A stretch of DNA of 64,000 nt from the human T2T-CHM13v2.0 reference genome, Homo sapiens. The notes under the pieces were generated by a model. The model was not told where the DNA came from and ran no database searches. It saw nothing but the letters and a program-made list of their open reading frames with translations. The stretch's first letter is position 1; the number at the start of each line of letters is the position of its first letter. Shown here one piece after another: positions 41,865 to 56,010 of the stretch. The stretch is from NCBI RefSeq assembly GCF_009914755.1, contig NC_060931.1; one strand, written 5' to 3'. A program made the translations under genes and the position numbers.

Positions 41865-43016
41865 TAGTTAATTTACATTTAAAGTTTTGTTGATATATTG
41901 GTATTTCAATCCAGCATTTTACTCTAGCTTTTAAATTTTACTAGTACTTTTGTTCTTTTCTCTCCTCTTTATTTCTCTTTAATCTATATATGTTCTTATT
42001 TTATTTCCCCTCTGTTTGTTATGCATTCCTCATTTTTGTGGTTACCCCAGAGATTGCCAGATTTACCATTTATTAAACTATATTTCAAATTAGCATGTTT
42101 GCCACATTCTCAGAAATACTAGCTTTATGTACTCTCTTGCCAACGCATATTTGTCTAAAAAAAATCTATGTATTTTGCCTTTGTTTGCAAAGATTACTTT
42201 TGCTTATAGACTGCTTGGTTGCTACTACTGTTTTAGCATTTTAAAGATGTCATTCTACTATCTTTTGTCAGCTGAACAGTGACTCTCAGTCTTACTACTG
42301 CACCTATGATAGTAATATGATTGTTTTATCTGTCTGCTTTGAAAAAGATCTCTTAGATCCTGGTTTTGAAAAGTTTTTCTAACCCATAATGAGATGTGAC
42401 TTTTATTGCATTATTCTGTGTAGAGTTTCTATTACTTAGTGCCTCATTCTAATTATTGGAGTTTTCAGTTGTCAAATTTTCACTTGATTCTATTTTATAG
42501 ATTTCTCTTGTATAATGAAATTCTCCATTTGTACCTATTTTTGAACATTTTAATCATATTTTAAAATTTACGTTTGATAAATTCATTATCTAAATTACCT
42601 GTGTTACTGTTTCTATTTTTTGTTTTTGTTTTCATTGTTGTCGTTGTTGTCCTGGTTTTCAATAATTTGGTTCTATTTTCTAACATGCCTGGTAATTTTT
42701 TTGTTGCATGCTAAACATTCTATATAAAAATGTGTGGACTCTTTATGTGTCAGAGACTTAATTTTTTTCTGGCAATGAATTATAATATGCGTGAGTTAGG
42801 TTATTTCAATTAAAATTTGAAATAATTTTAGTTTACATTTCAATGTCATTGAGCCATCTGGATTATTTCTGGTATGTTCTTAAATGTAGGAAAGATCTTT
42901 TTGCAGGGCCTCAATTTATACGTGTTCTTTCTTCTTCATAAACACTAAATTCTATTTTTTCTAGCTCTAACATTGTGGGACAGATAAAATGTATGTTTCA
43001 CTTTTTAGCTCCTTAT

Positions 43017-43566
43017 TGTAACCATCTGAGGAGTTCTACCTCCCACAAAGAAAAACAACAACATTGCAGTAAATAAAAGCATTTAATAGACATGAAGCCA
43101 GCCATGTCACCTCAAATCAGTCTCCTTGAAGGCATGTAGTTAGCGGTTTTACAAAGGGCACTTGCTGCTGATAGGTAGGATGGAGACAAAATCATAAGTT
43201 GTTCTCTTGAGTATAGTTGTTTCTGGGTGGGGCCACGGCAATGGGAGTCAGCAAGTACAGATGGAGTCACTGTGTCCACATACCACCATGAGTGTCAAAC
43301 ATGCAAAAAAGTTGTGTATCTAATGACTAGTCTACACATTAGCTCCTCTCCCTAGCTTGATGGCCTTCCATTAGCTTTAGAAAGGCAGTTGACTTTTGGC
43401 GAATGGCTATTATCATTTAAACTGTAACCTAAAAGCCTCTCAAAGTCAGCTTGGCCTGAAAGCCCAGGAATAATTAAGGAGAAGGTGAGATAAGGAAAGG
43501 GTTAAATCAGAATCCTTTCACTGCCATAATTTTCTCACAGATACAATTTTTGCAAAGGTGGTTTCA
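43017..43566 (-). mobile_element. ERV1 solo LTR, LTR8-like (MER4 group)
   Basis: Reverse complement begins tgaaaccacctttgcaaaaattg..gtgagaaaattatggcagtgaaag. Perfect 4-bp TSD ttat at 43013-43016 and 43567-43570. Confidence 0.9.
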
Positions 43567-44094
43567 TTATCAGCTAATCTCTATTTTTTAAAAAAATATT
43601 TTAAATATGGCCCATACAAGAGTAGTTTAGGAGTTAGGAAATCCCTCAAGGGGAAATTGAACACAGAATGTTAGGTCCATTTCTCTGTGATTTTCTTTAT
43701 TATCTGGGACGTCAGCCCCTCAAATCTTGGCTGGCTCCATGGTCTTAAATTGCAATATTTTACCTCCCAAACACAGATTGATCACAAAAATCTTTAACCT
43801 TATTTTTCTGGTAACCTCTACACTCAGTGCTTTGAATTATCAAATGTTGCAATGTGTAATTGCAGTGACAAATGTATGCCTTATTTTGACGCATCTTCTT
43901 CTCTCCTAGGTTTCATTGGTTGCTCTCTAATCCCTTCAACTGGCTGTTTCTGTTTTTGTGTTTTGCATTTTATTCAGCTTTTTTACAGTAGTTGAACTAA
44001 TCAGCAACATGAGTATGATACATATTTCTGGTTACTTTGACATAACTAGAAGCAGAAGTCTGTGAAATATCTTTTGTATATTATAATTTAGAAG

Positions 44095-44330
44095 TTGGAT
44101 TACAGGTTTATGAGTCAGATTATTGTGCTTTGAAAACAAATTTACTGCTTTTCCGATGCCTGAATATAAGCAAAGTAGTTACTCACTCTAGGCCTTAGTT
44201 CCTTATATGTAAAATAGAAATAACAGAGTTCCAAAATTACAGAATTGTTGTGAGAAGGTATTATAAGGGTTTTATGTGTAATGTGCTATGCATAGAGTTT
44301 GGCACTTCTGAAGCACAAAGAAAAGTTACA
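44095..44330 (+). mobile_element. MIR SINE
   Basis: 'gagtcaga...gcaaagtagttactcactctaggccttagttccttatatgtaaaatagaaataac...ttgttgtgagaa'. Confidence 0.75.
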
Positions 44331-44599
44331 AATATGAATATCAGTAATGTTCTACTCTAAAGATACTCACCCAACAGAGAATAGAGACATTGCCCTATTT
44401 TTAACATGAGCCTTGCCAATGCTTAGCAATTAAAATTATTCTAAATAATCAAAAAATTTTAATAATCTGCACAAGAATTTAGTCAGTACTTTTTGTCAAA
44501 CTTACAAAACTGTATGCTTTAATTATTCCTTTTAAAATATGGCATTTTTCTATCCACTGTCCTCTATCACCTCAATTGTTCTGCAAAATTTCTCTAATA

Positions 44600-44800
44600 C
44601 TACCTGAAATAATATACTATATCTGCTTCCTTCCACTCAGTTTGGCATGCAGTTTTATACTGTTGTCTATTTATGTTTTTATTTTCCCTCCAACAAAATT
44701 CTGTATGCCTAGTGAAAGCCATAATTTTTGTTATTGCTGATAATTTTCCTATGAGCAGAGTGCTGAGTACATAGTTTCTATTCAATGTTTATTTGTTGAC
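44600..44800 (+). mobile_element. L2 3' end
   Basis: 'agcagagtgctgagtacatagtttctattcaatgtttatttgttga'. Confidence 0.6.
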
Positions 44801-47800
44801 TTTAATAGGGGCATGAATTTAAAAAAATAAATAAGAAAAAGATTCTCACTCTAGTTTAAAAAGTTGAAAAGATACATAGGGATTCACACCTCTTAAAATT
44901 GTGCTTTAAAGAAAATATTTTATGACTGTTTCCATGGATCACCAGAAGATGTAAAATATTAAGTCTAGTAAAATACATGATTTACTTCATATATTTTAAA
45001 AGGCAAAATACTTTTAAATTACATATTTATTAATTTTTAAAACCAATTATGGCATATAACAGAAAACATTAGCTTGAGCTGTACTTAAAGTTTTCAGGCT
45101 CTTCAGTAAGAGAGGTAACTCAAGGAGTTAAAAAAAAAAAAAAAGTGAGCTTAGGGAGGAGAGGAGCAAGAAGGCTGAATAGAAGGCTCCACTGGTTGTT
45201 CCCCTGGCAAGGACACCAATTTAACAGCTAGCTACACAACAAAAGCACCTTCATAAGAAGCAAAAAACAGTGAGCACTCATAGTACTTGCTTTAACTTTA
45301 TATTACTGAGTCTTGAATAGCTGGCACTACTTCTTCCCCATCCCCCAGCAGTGGCCATGTAGTACAGAGAGTGTTTCTGTACCCTTGGGGGAGGGAGAGT
45401 GCAGCAATTGTGAGACACTTCATTGAATTTATCCTCCTGTCACAGAAGAAAGCAAAACCAGGCTGAACGCAGCTGACACACATATTTAAAACAGCCCTAG
45501 CCAGAGGGGAATCACCCTGCAAGCAGTTAAAATTTGAGTTTCAGCAAGCCTGACCACCACAAGCTAAAGTGTTCTGGGGCTCTAAATAATCTTAAAAGGC
45601 TGTCTAGGCCACAAGGACTGCAACTTGTAGGTGAGTCTTACTGCTCAGAGCCAGTGAACTTGGGAGGCTTGTGACCCTACTGAGACACCAGCCAGAGTGG
45701 CTAAGGGAGTGCTTGCACCACACCTTCCTCAACCCTAGGTGTCACAGCTCACAGCTCCAAAAATGACCCCTTCCTTCTGCTTGGGAGAAGAGAGGGAAGA
45801 ATAAAGAGGACTTTCTCTTCCTTCTTAGATACCAGCTCAGCCACAATAGGATAGGGAACCAGTAGGAGTTCCCCTTTCCAGGCCCCCTTAGCTCCCAGAT
45901 GACATTTCTAGACACAGCTTGAGCCAGAAGGGAACCCACTGCCTTGAAGGGAAGAACTCAGTCCTGGCAGGACCTATCACATGATGACTACAGAGCCCTT
46001 AGGTCCTAAATACTCAGCAGCAATACCCAGGTAGTAGTACGCCATGGGCCTTGGGTGAGCCTCTGAGGCTTGCTGACTTCAGGTGAGATTCAGCACATTC
46101 CCACCTGGGGTAGCTATGGAGCGAGACTAATTCTGCTTGAAAAAAGCATGGGAAAAAGTAAAGGGGACTTTGTCTTGCACCTTAGGTACTAGCTTAGCTA
46201 TAGGAGGATAGCACATCAAACAGGCTCCTGGGGTTCACGATTCCAGGACTTCCCTCTTGGACAGCATTTCTGGACCTCTCCTGAGACAGAGGGCATCCCC
46301 ACTTCACTGAGAGTGAGTCTGAGGCCACACAGTATTCAACTCAAGCTGCCTAAAGAGCCCTTGAAACATAAGGGAACATCGGTGGTACCCTGGAAGTAGT
46401 CTCCATGGACCTGTGATGGTGGTGGCCATGGAATCCTTTTCTGCCTGTGGAAAAGGGAGGGAAGTCTGAGAAGAGCTGTGACTCATGATTTGAGTGCCAG
46501 CTCAGCTGCAGTAAAAGAGAACTCTAGGTAGACTTCTAAGGTTTTTGACTCCAGTCCCGAGCTCCCAGATGGCACCTCTGGACCCATCTGGGGCCAGAGG
46601 GAACTTGCCACCCTAAAGGGAAGGACACTAGCCTGGCTGGCTTCACCCCCTGCTGATTGTAGAGCCCCAGGGCCTTGAGAGAACATAGGAGCTAGCCAAA
46701 TAGTGGTTACAGTGGGCCTTGGGTGAGAGTCAGTGCTGTGCTGGCTTCAGGTCTGACCCAGCACAGTCCCAGTGATGGTGGCCACAGGGGTACTTGTATC
46801 ACTCCACCCTTATCTCCAGGTGGCTCAGAACAGAGAGAGAGAGAATCCATTTGTTTGGGAGAAAGTAAGGGAAGACACTCAGAGACTCTGCCTGGTAATC
46901 CAGAGAATTCTTCCAGAACTTATCAAAGACCATCAAGCAGTACCTCCACAAGTCTGAAAGAACCATAGTGTTATTGGGTTTGGGATGCCTCCTAATGCAG
47001 ATAAAGTTTACATCACAGCACCCAAGTCCTTTGGAATACCTGAAAGCCTTACCAAGAAGGATGACTACAAATAAGCCCAGACAGCAAAGACTACAAAATA
47101 TCCTAACTCTTCAAAGCCAAGACAAAGATGAACATCCACAAGCATCAGGATTATCCAGGAAAACATTACCTAACCAAATGAACTAAATAAGGCACCAGGG
47201 ATTAATCATGGAGAAACAGAGATATGTGACCTTCCAGACAGTGAATACAAAATAGCTGTTTTGAGGAAACTCAAAGACATTCATGATAATACAGAGGAGG
47301 AATTCATAATACATTTAACAAAGAAATTGAAATTGTTAAAAAGAATCAAGTAGAAATTCTGGAGTGAAAACATGCAATTGAGATACTGAAGAATGCATCA
47401 GAGTCTTTTATAGCACAATTAATCAAGTAGAAAAAATCATTAGTGAGCTTGAAGATAGGTTTTTTTGAAAATACATAGTCAGAGGAGACAAAAGAAAAAA
47501 GAAGTAAAGACAATGAAGCATATCTATAGGATCTAGAAAATAGCCTCCAAAGGGCAAATCTAAGACTTACTGGCCTTAAAGATGTAGAGAGAAAGATAGG
47601 GGTAGAACAATTTTTCAAAGGGATAATAACCATGAACTTTCCAAACCTAGAGAAAGATATCAATATCCATATACATGAAGATGATAGAACACCCAGTAGA
47701 TTTAAACCAAACACGATTACCTCAAGACATCTAATAATCAAACACTCAAAGGTGAAGAAAGTATCCTAAAAGGAGCAAGAAAAAGGGACAGATAATATAC

Positions 47801-47892
47801 AATGGAACCTCAATACCGCTGGCAGCAGACTTTTCAGTGCAAAACACCAGGCCAGGAGAGAGTAGTATGACATATTTAAAGTGCTGGGAAAC

Positions 47893-48189
<297 letters not shown>

Positions 48190-48491
48190 AAAAAAAATTT
48201 TTTTGACCCTAGAATAATATATCTGTTGAAAATATTCTTCAAACATGAAGGAGAATTAAAGACTTTCTCAGGAAAACAAAAGCTTAAGAGTTTTATTAAC
48301 ACCAGACCTGCCCTATAAGAAATGCTACATGGTGTACTTCAGATAGAAAGAAAAGGACATTAATGAGCAATAAGAAATCATCTGAAGGTACAAAATTCAC
48401 TGCTAATAGTAAGCACACAGAAAAATTTAGAATACTACAATACTGTAGCTATGGGGTGTAAACTGTTCTTATCTTAAATAGAAAGGCTAAA

Positions 48492-48702
48492 AAATAAATA
48501 AAAATAAATAAATAAATAAATAAATAATATATTATATATTATATTATATATAATGAATAAATAAATAATTATATTATATATAATATATAATATATTATCA
48601 TTAAATAATATAATATATAATATATTATCATTAAATAATATAATATATAATATATTATCATTAAATAATATAATATATAATATAAAAAGTAAATAAATAA
48701 TA
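48492..48702. repeat. AT-rich minisatellite containing 3 perfect 30-bp units
   Basis: taatatataatatattatcattaaataata at 48581-48610, 48611-48640 and 48641-48670, partial to 48684, flanked by (TAAA)n. Confidence 0.95.
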
Positions 48703-49425
48703 AGGCAACAAGAAATAAAAACTAAAACAACTTTCTGAGACATAAACAGTATAACAAGATATAAATAGAAACAACAAAAGGTTAAAAAGCAGGGAGATGA
48801 AGTTAAGGTGTAGAATTTCCATTAATTTTGTTTTTTCTTAGTTTGTTTATTTGATTATGCAATCAATGTTAAGTCATTATCAGCTTAAGATAATGGGTTA
48901 TAGGATAGTATTTGCAAGCCTCATGGTATCCTCAAGTCAAAAACCATACAATGGATACACAAAATGTAAAAAGCAAGAAATGAAATACCACCAGAGAAAA
49001 TCACCTTCACTAAAAAAAAGACAGGAAGGGAAGAAAGAAGGAAGAGAAGACCACAAAACAACCAGAAAACAAATAACAAAATGGCAGGAGTAGGTCCTAC
49101 TTCTCAATAATTACATTGGACGTAAATGAAGTAACTGTCCAGTCAAAAGACATAGAGTGGCTGAATGGATTAAACAGCAACCACCACCAAGACCCAATGA
49201 TCTCGGGCCTACAAGAAACATACTTGACCTATAGAAACACACAAAGACTGAAAATAAATAAATGGAAGAAGATATTTCATCCCAATGGAAACCAAAATAG
49301 AGTAGGAGTAGCTATAATTATGTCAGACAAAATAGATTTCAAGACAAAGACTATAAGAAGATACAAAGAAGGTCACTATATAATGATAAAAGAGTTGATT
49401 AAGGAAGAAGATATAACAATTTTAA

Positions 49426-50309
49426 TCCTATTCCTATTTAGAAAAAAAAAGCGCAGCTCATTGCCAGCACTCATGTAATTTTACATAAACACGCTCTTCG
49501 AGGCTGAAGCAAATCTGACTGATTTTCAATGTAAAAATAAAATATAAAAACTGCTTTTGGAGTTATTTCTAAACAGAACTAACATCAGAATCATCAGAAT
49601 CATTCCTTTCGGAAAAATCAGATTGATCAAATGAATCTTTGTCAACAACTGTTCAAGAATGATGCTAACGTCACATGAAATGTCACATTTTCCAGGGTCT
49701 GACATTTTCAGCAATCAAGAATTACTATATTTTGTAAATGGAAATACCACTATGTATTATTTCATTCTCACACTGCTATAAAGAAATACCTGAAACTGAG
49801 TAATTTATAAAGGAAAGAGGTTTAATTGACTCACAGCTCCACATGTATTGGGAGGTCTCAGGAGACTTACAGTCATGGCAGAAGGTGAAAGGGAAGCAAG
49901 GGCTTCTTCATATGGCAGCAGGAGAGAGAAGAGTGAGCAGGGGAAATGCCAGACATTTATAACACCATCAGAGCTCATGAGGACTCACTCACTTTCACCA
50001 GAACAGCATGGAGGAAACTGCCCCCATGATCCAATTGCCTCCCACTGGGTCCTTCCCTCAACAGATGGGGAATACAGGGATAACAACTCAAGATGAGATT
50101 TGGATGGGGACACAAAGCCAAACCATATCATGCTACTAAAAACAGAATGCTATAAATAAAATGATGTCTGTGTCCAATGTTGATATACTAGAGCAATACA
50201 AAAATAATAATAAAAGCGAGGTAATTTCATGTCCAAGTTATCTTCGGGTAAACATGGCAGCCGCATGTTTTCTTGCTGACAAGTATTCTTGGGGCAGATG
50301 GGAAAAGGG
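49426..50309 (-). mobile_element. MER75 piggyBac-derived MITE, split by a THE1 LTR
   Basis: TTAA at 49422-49425 and 50310-50313. Inverted termini tcctattcctattt ... agatgggaaaaggg. Internal sequence matches MER75 as recalled (gaggctgaagcaaatctgactgattttcaatg). Confidence 0.92.
49753..50130 (-). mobile_element. THE1D/MSTA MaLR solo LTR inside MER75
   Basis: tgtatt...ctcacactgctataaagaaatacctg...gccaaaccatatca with TSD cacta/tgcta. Confidence 0.95.
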
Positions 50310-52141
50310 TTAAATATATATCTACTGAACACTGGAGCATCCAGATTTATAAAGCAAATATTATTAAAGCTAAGGAGAGCGATAGACTCCAATACATAAC
50401 AACTGGAGAGTTTAACAACCTGCTTTCAGCATTAGACAGACCATTCAGACAGAAAATCAACAAAGAAACATGGGACATAATCTGCACTATAGAACAAATG
50501 GGCCTGATGGATCTTTGCAGAACATTTTATCTAATGATTGCAGAATACACATTTTTTTCCTCAGCACATGGACCATTCTCAAGGATAAATCATATGTTAG
50601 GTCAAAAAACAAGTCTTAAAACATCCAAAAGAATTAAAATAATATCAAGAATCTTCTCCGACAACAATGGAATAAAACTAAAAATAAATAACAAGAGAAA
50701 TTTTGGAAACTATACAAACACATGGAAATTAAATAATATGCTCCTGAATGACCACTGGGTCCATGAAGAAATTAAGAAGGAAATTAAAAATTTTTGGAAA
50801 CAAATAATAATGGAAACACAACATACCAAAACCTATGGGACACAGCAAAAGCAGAACCTAAGAGAGAAGTTTATAGCTCCAAGTGCCTAGATCAAAAAAA
50901 GAAGAAAAACTTCAAATAAACAATCTAACTATGTATTTTAAAGAATTAAAAAAAGGCAAGCGCAAACCCACCCAAAATTAGTAGAAAAAAATAAATAATA
51001 AATATCAGAGCAAAAATAAATGAACTTGAAATGAAGAAAACAATACAAAAGAACAATGAACCAAAAAGTTGGTATTTTGAAAAGATAAACAATTGTGAAA
51101 CCTTTAGCCAGATTAAGGAAAAAAAGAAATACCTAAATAAATAAAATCAAAGATAAAAAATGAGAAATTATAACTGATACCACCAAAATTCAAAGGATCA
51201 TTAGCGGCCATTATAAGCAACTATATGCCAATTAATTGAAAACTCTAGAACTGGGTAAATTCCCAGGCATAAATCTACCAAGATTGAACCACAAATAAAT
51301 TCAAAACTTGAACATACCAATAACAGGTCATGAGATCAAAGCCATAATAAAAATTCTCCCAGGGAAAAAAAAATCTCAGGACCCAGTGACTTCATTGCTG
51401 AATTCTACCAAACATTTAAGGAAGAACTAATACTAATACCAACTCTACTCAAACTATTTCAAAAAAACAGAGGAGAAGGAAACATTTCCAAACCCATTCT
51501 ATGAGGCTAATATTACCCTGATACCAAAACCAGAAAAAGATACATCAAAAAGAAAATTATAGGACAAAATCTCTTATGAATATTGATACAAAATCCTCAA
51601 CAAAACACCGGCAAATTAAATTTAGCAATATATTGAAAGATTATTCATCATTACAAAGTGCAGTTTATCCCTGGGAAGCAAGGATGGTTCAACATAAGCA
51701 AATCAATGTGATACATCACAGTAGCAGAATGAACGATAAAAACCACATGATCTTATCATTTGATTCTGAAAACTCGTGATAAAATTTAACATTGCTTCAC
51801 AATAAAAACCCTCAAAAAACTGGGAATAGAAGGAACATAACTCAACATAATAAAAGCTGTATACAACAGACCCACAGCTAGTATCATACTGAATCGGAAA
51901 AAAACTGAAACCCTTTCCTCTAAGATCTGCAATGCAACAAGGATGCCTAATTTCATTCCTGTTATTCAACATAGTACTGGAAATCCTAGCTAGAGCAATC
52001 AGAAAAGAGAAAGAATTAAAGGGCATCCATATTGGAATGAAAGAAGTCAAACTATATTTGTTTGCAGATAATATGACTTGATATTCGGAAAAACCTGAAG
52101 ACTTCACAAAGAGACTATTAGAACTGATAAACAAATTCAGT

Positions 52142-52370
<229 letters not shown>

Positions 52371-55300
52371 CTATGAAGTTGCAGGATACAAAATCAACCT
52401 ACAAAAATCAGTATCATTTCTATATGCCAACACCAAACACTCTGAGAAAGGAATTAAGAAAGTAATCCCCATCTGCAATAGCTACAAATAAAATGAAATA
52501 TCTAGGAATTAACTTTAACCAAAGAGGTGAGGGATCTCTACAATGAAAACTATAAAACACTGATGCAAGAAATTAAAGAAGACACACAAAAATGGAAAGA
52601 CAATCTATAATCACGGATAGGAAGAATCAATATTACCAAAATCTCCACATTACCAAAAGCAATCTACAGATTTATTGCAATCCTTATCAAAATATCAATG
52701 ACAGTCCTCACAGAAATATAAAAAGTAGCCCTAACATTTATGTAGAAACATAAAAGACCCAGAACAGCCAAAGCTCTCCTGAGCAAAAAGAATGAAACTG
52801 GAGGAATCACATTACCTGAGTTTATACTATGGAGTCATAGTAGCCAAAACGACATAGTACTGGCATAAAAACAGACACATAGATAAGTGGAACAGAAAAG
52901 GGAACCCAGAGATAAATCCATATACAGTAAATTCATTTTTGACAAAGGTACAAGAATCTACACTAGAGAAAGAAAATTCTCTTCAATACATTGTGCTGGG
53001 AAAACTGAATCTCCATATGCAAAAGAATGAAACTAGAACCCTATCTCTCACCATATACAAAAAAATCAAAATGGATTAAAGATTTAAATACAAGACCTCA
53101 AATTATAAAACTACTAAAAGAAAACATAAGGGAAACTGTGCAGGACATTGGACTGGGCAAATATTTCTGGAGTAATAACCCACAAACACAGACAATCAAA
53201 GCAAAAATGGACAAATGTAATCACATCAAATGAAAAGCTTCTGCATAGGAAAGGAACCAATTGACAAAGTGAACAGACAGTCCACAGAATGGGAGAAAAT
53301 ATATTAAAACTACCCATCTGACAAATTAATAACCAGAATATATAAGGAGCTCAAATAACACTACAGGAAAAAAACTAATTATTTGATTTTAAAAATGGGC
53401 AAAAATCTAAACACATACTTCTCAAAAGAAGACTTACAAATGGCAAACAGGTATATAAAAAGGTGCTCAACATCATTGATCATCAGAGAAATGCAATTCA
53501 AAACTACATTGAGATGCATCATCTCACCCCATTTATAATGGCTTTTATCCCAATGTCAGGCAATAACCAATGCTGACAAGGATATGGTGAAAGGGGAACC
53601 CTATTATACTGTTGGTAGGAATGTAAATCGGTACAACCACTATGGAAAACATTTTGGAAGTTCTTCAAAAAACTGAAAATAGAGCTACCATTTGATCTAG
53701 CAATCCCACTTTTAGCTATATGCTCCAAATAAAGAAATTCAGTATATCAAAGAGCTGTCTGCACTCCTATGTTTATTGCAGCACTATTCATAATAGCCAA
53801 GAGTTGGGAGCAAGCTACATGTCAATCGTCAATCAACAGATGAATTGATAAAGGAAATGTGGTACATATACACACTGGAGTACTTTTCAGTCATAAAAAT
53901 GAATGAGATCCTGTTATTTGCAACAACATGGATGGAACTGGAGGTCATTATATTAAGTAATATAAGTCCAGCCCAGAAAGACAAGCTCCACACATTCTCA
54001 CTTATTTGTGGAAGCTAATAATGAAAATAATTCAACTCATGAACATAGAGAGAAGGATGATTACCAGAGGCTGGGCAGGGTAGTGGAGGACTGGAGGAAG
54101 CACAGATGGTTAATTAATACAAAAAAATAGTTAGAAAAATGAATAAGATGTATTATTTGCTAGCACAACACGGTGACTACAGTCAAAAATGATTTAATTG
54201 TACGTTTTAAAATAACAAAAAGAGTATAATTGGATTGTTTGTAACACAAAGGATAAATCCTTCAGGTGATAGATACCCCATTTACCCTTATGTTATTATC
54301 ATGCATTGCATGCTTCTATCAAAATATCTTATGTAACTCATAAATATATACACCTACTATATATCCACAAAAATATAGAAAATTTAAAAATATATCAGCT
54401 TAGTTTTCTTTACCCAGATCAAAGTAAACATTGTTGTCTGTCAACAACATGGTAAATATAAATATATTTCAGTAGCAATAGCATTTGTAATATGTTTAAA
54501 TATGGCATCCTTAAATTTTATTAATCAAAATATTGGAAACAATGAAGAAAGTCCCATTTACTACCTAACAAACTATTTATGGTACTATTACTAAAAATTA
54601 TAAAAATTCTTACTGTTTGTTTTGAATTTCTCTTCTGCTATAATCATTCCAAAGAAGTGTCTGTACTTGGGTCTGAACATATCATTATGGATCTCTGAAT
54701 AACACGCTTGTTATTTGATGAAATCCTTCTGGAAGTCCTCCCAGTATTGAATTGCAATTGTTCTGCAATAAGGAATATACAGAAAAGCAAATTAGCTTGC
54801 CAGGCTCCACCAGCATTTTAAAGATGGTATTTAAGAGAGACCCATGACTACTTTGATTTTACAAATTTCACTAGGTGATAATTTCCAAGTCATCAGAATT
54901 AATAAAAATTCAGGAAATGTCAAACTTCAGGGAATATAAAACCTCACCTAAGTACACTTTAGAAGGGTCCAGTAACCATCCCAAGTGACAAATCAGGCCT
55001 TCTTTTATGTACATTACAAGGAGAAGAGAAGGTAGAAGGGTAGCATAGGGGTGGAGGGCAAAGCTAGATCTACAGCTTCCTGCAGATGTATTTTGATCCT
55101 CCACTTCCCTGGACAGGGGTCAGTCTCATTTAGTTAACTAATTCTTTTCACATGTTCTGTAAGAATGGACTATGTGCTATATCTGTTATAGGATGTAGTA
55201 ATTGGAAGGGTGGATGGAAATACAGAGAGAAGAATTGACAGTGAAACTTGCCAATTTCATAGTCTAAGGTAATGCAGATATCCATCGGAGACCCTTCAGA

Positions 55301-55653
55301 AACCCTAATTCCAGAAGGCACTGACTACTCTTTAAGGAATTCAGGTCTCACTGCATTATTCATCAGAACCAGTGTCTGTGTAGATAACTGAAATAGCATA
55401 TTAGATTTCTTTTTATAAAATGGAGAAAAAAATACCTCTAGATTATATAGATGGAATTTTAGCATGCAACTCTTAGCTAAAGAGAGACACACTCTCCTCT
55501 GCAGCCATCAACTGTAGGGCTTTTCATGAGGTTTCTTAGGAATACTATGAAGATCTTCCAGGGTCATCTCTGTGTTTCTGGCGTAATCCTTTGCATGTAC
55601 CTTACCCTTCCTTGTGCCTTCAATCAGAAAACAACAAATTCTAGATAGTTGAG

Positions 55654-56010
55654 TGTATTAGTCCATTCTCACACTGCTATGAAGAAATACCCGAGACTGG
55701 GTAATTCTTAAAGAAAAGAGGTTTAATTGACTCACAGTTCAGCATGGCTGGGAAAGCCTCAGGAAACTTACAGTCATGGTGGGAGGCACCTCTTCACAGG
55801 GTGGCAGGAGAGAGAATGAGTGCTGAACGAAGGGGGAAGCCCCTTATAAAACCATCAGATCTCCTAAGAACTTCCTCACCATCATGAGAATAGCATGGGG
55901 GAAACTGCCCCCATGTCTCAATTATCTCCACCTGGTCCCACCCTTGACACATGGAGATTATTACAATTCAAGGTGAGATTTGCGAGGGGATATAGAACCA
56001 AACCATATCA
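55654..56010 (-). mobile_element. THE1 (C/D-like) MaLR solo LTR
   Basis: tgtattagtccattctcacactgctatgaagaaatacccgagactggg...ccaaaccatatca with TSD ttgag/gtgag. Confidence 0.96.

Noticed and set aside
48474-48743. ORF with repeated ILYIILFNDN
   Set aside because: Translation of the 30-bp AT-rich VNTR.
50273-50890. Longest ORF (205 aa)
   Set aside because: Chimera of the MER75 end and a frameshifted L1 endonuclease remnant. No ATG start and not a gene.
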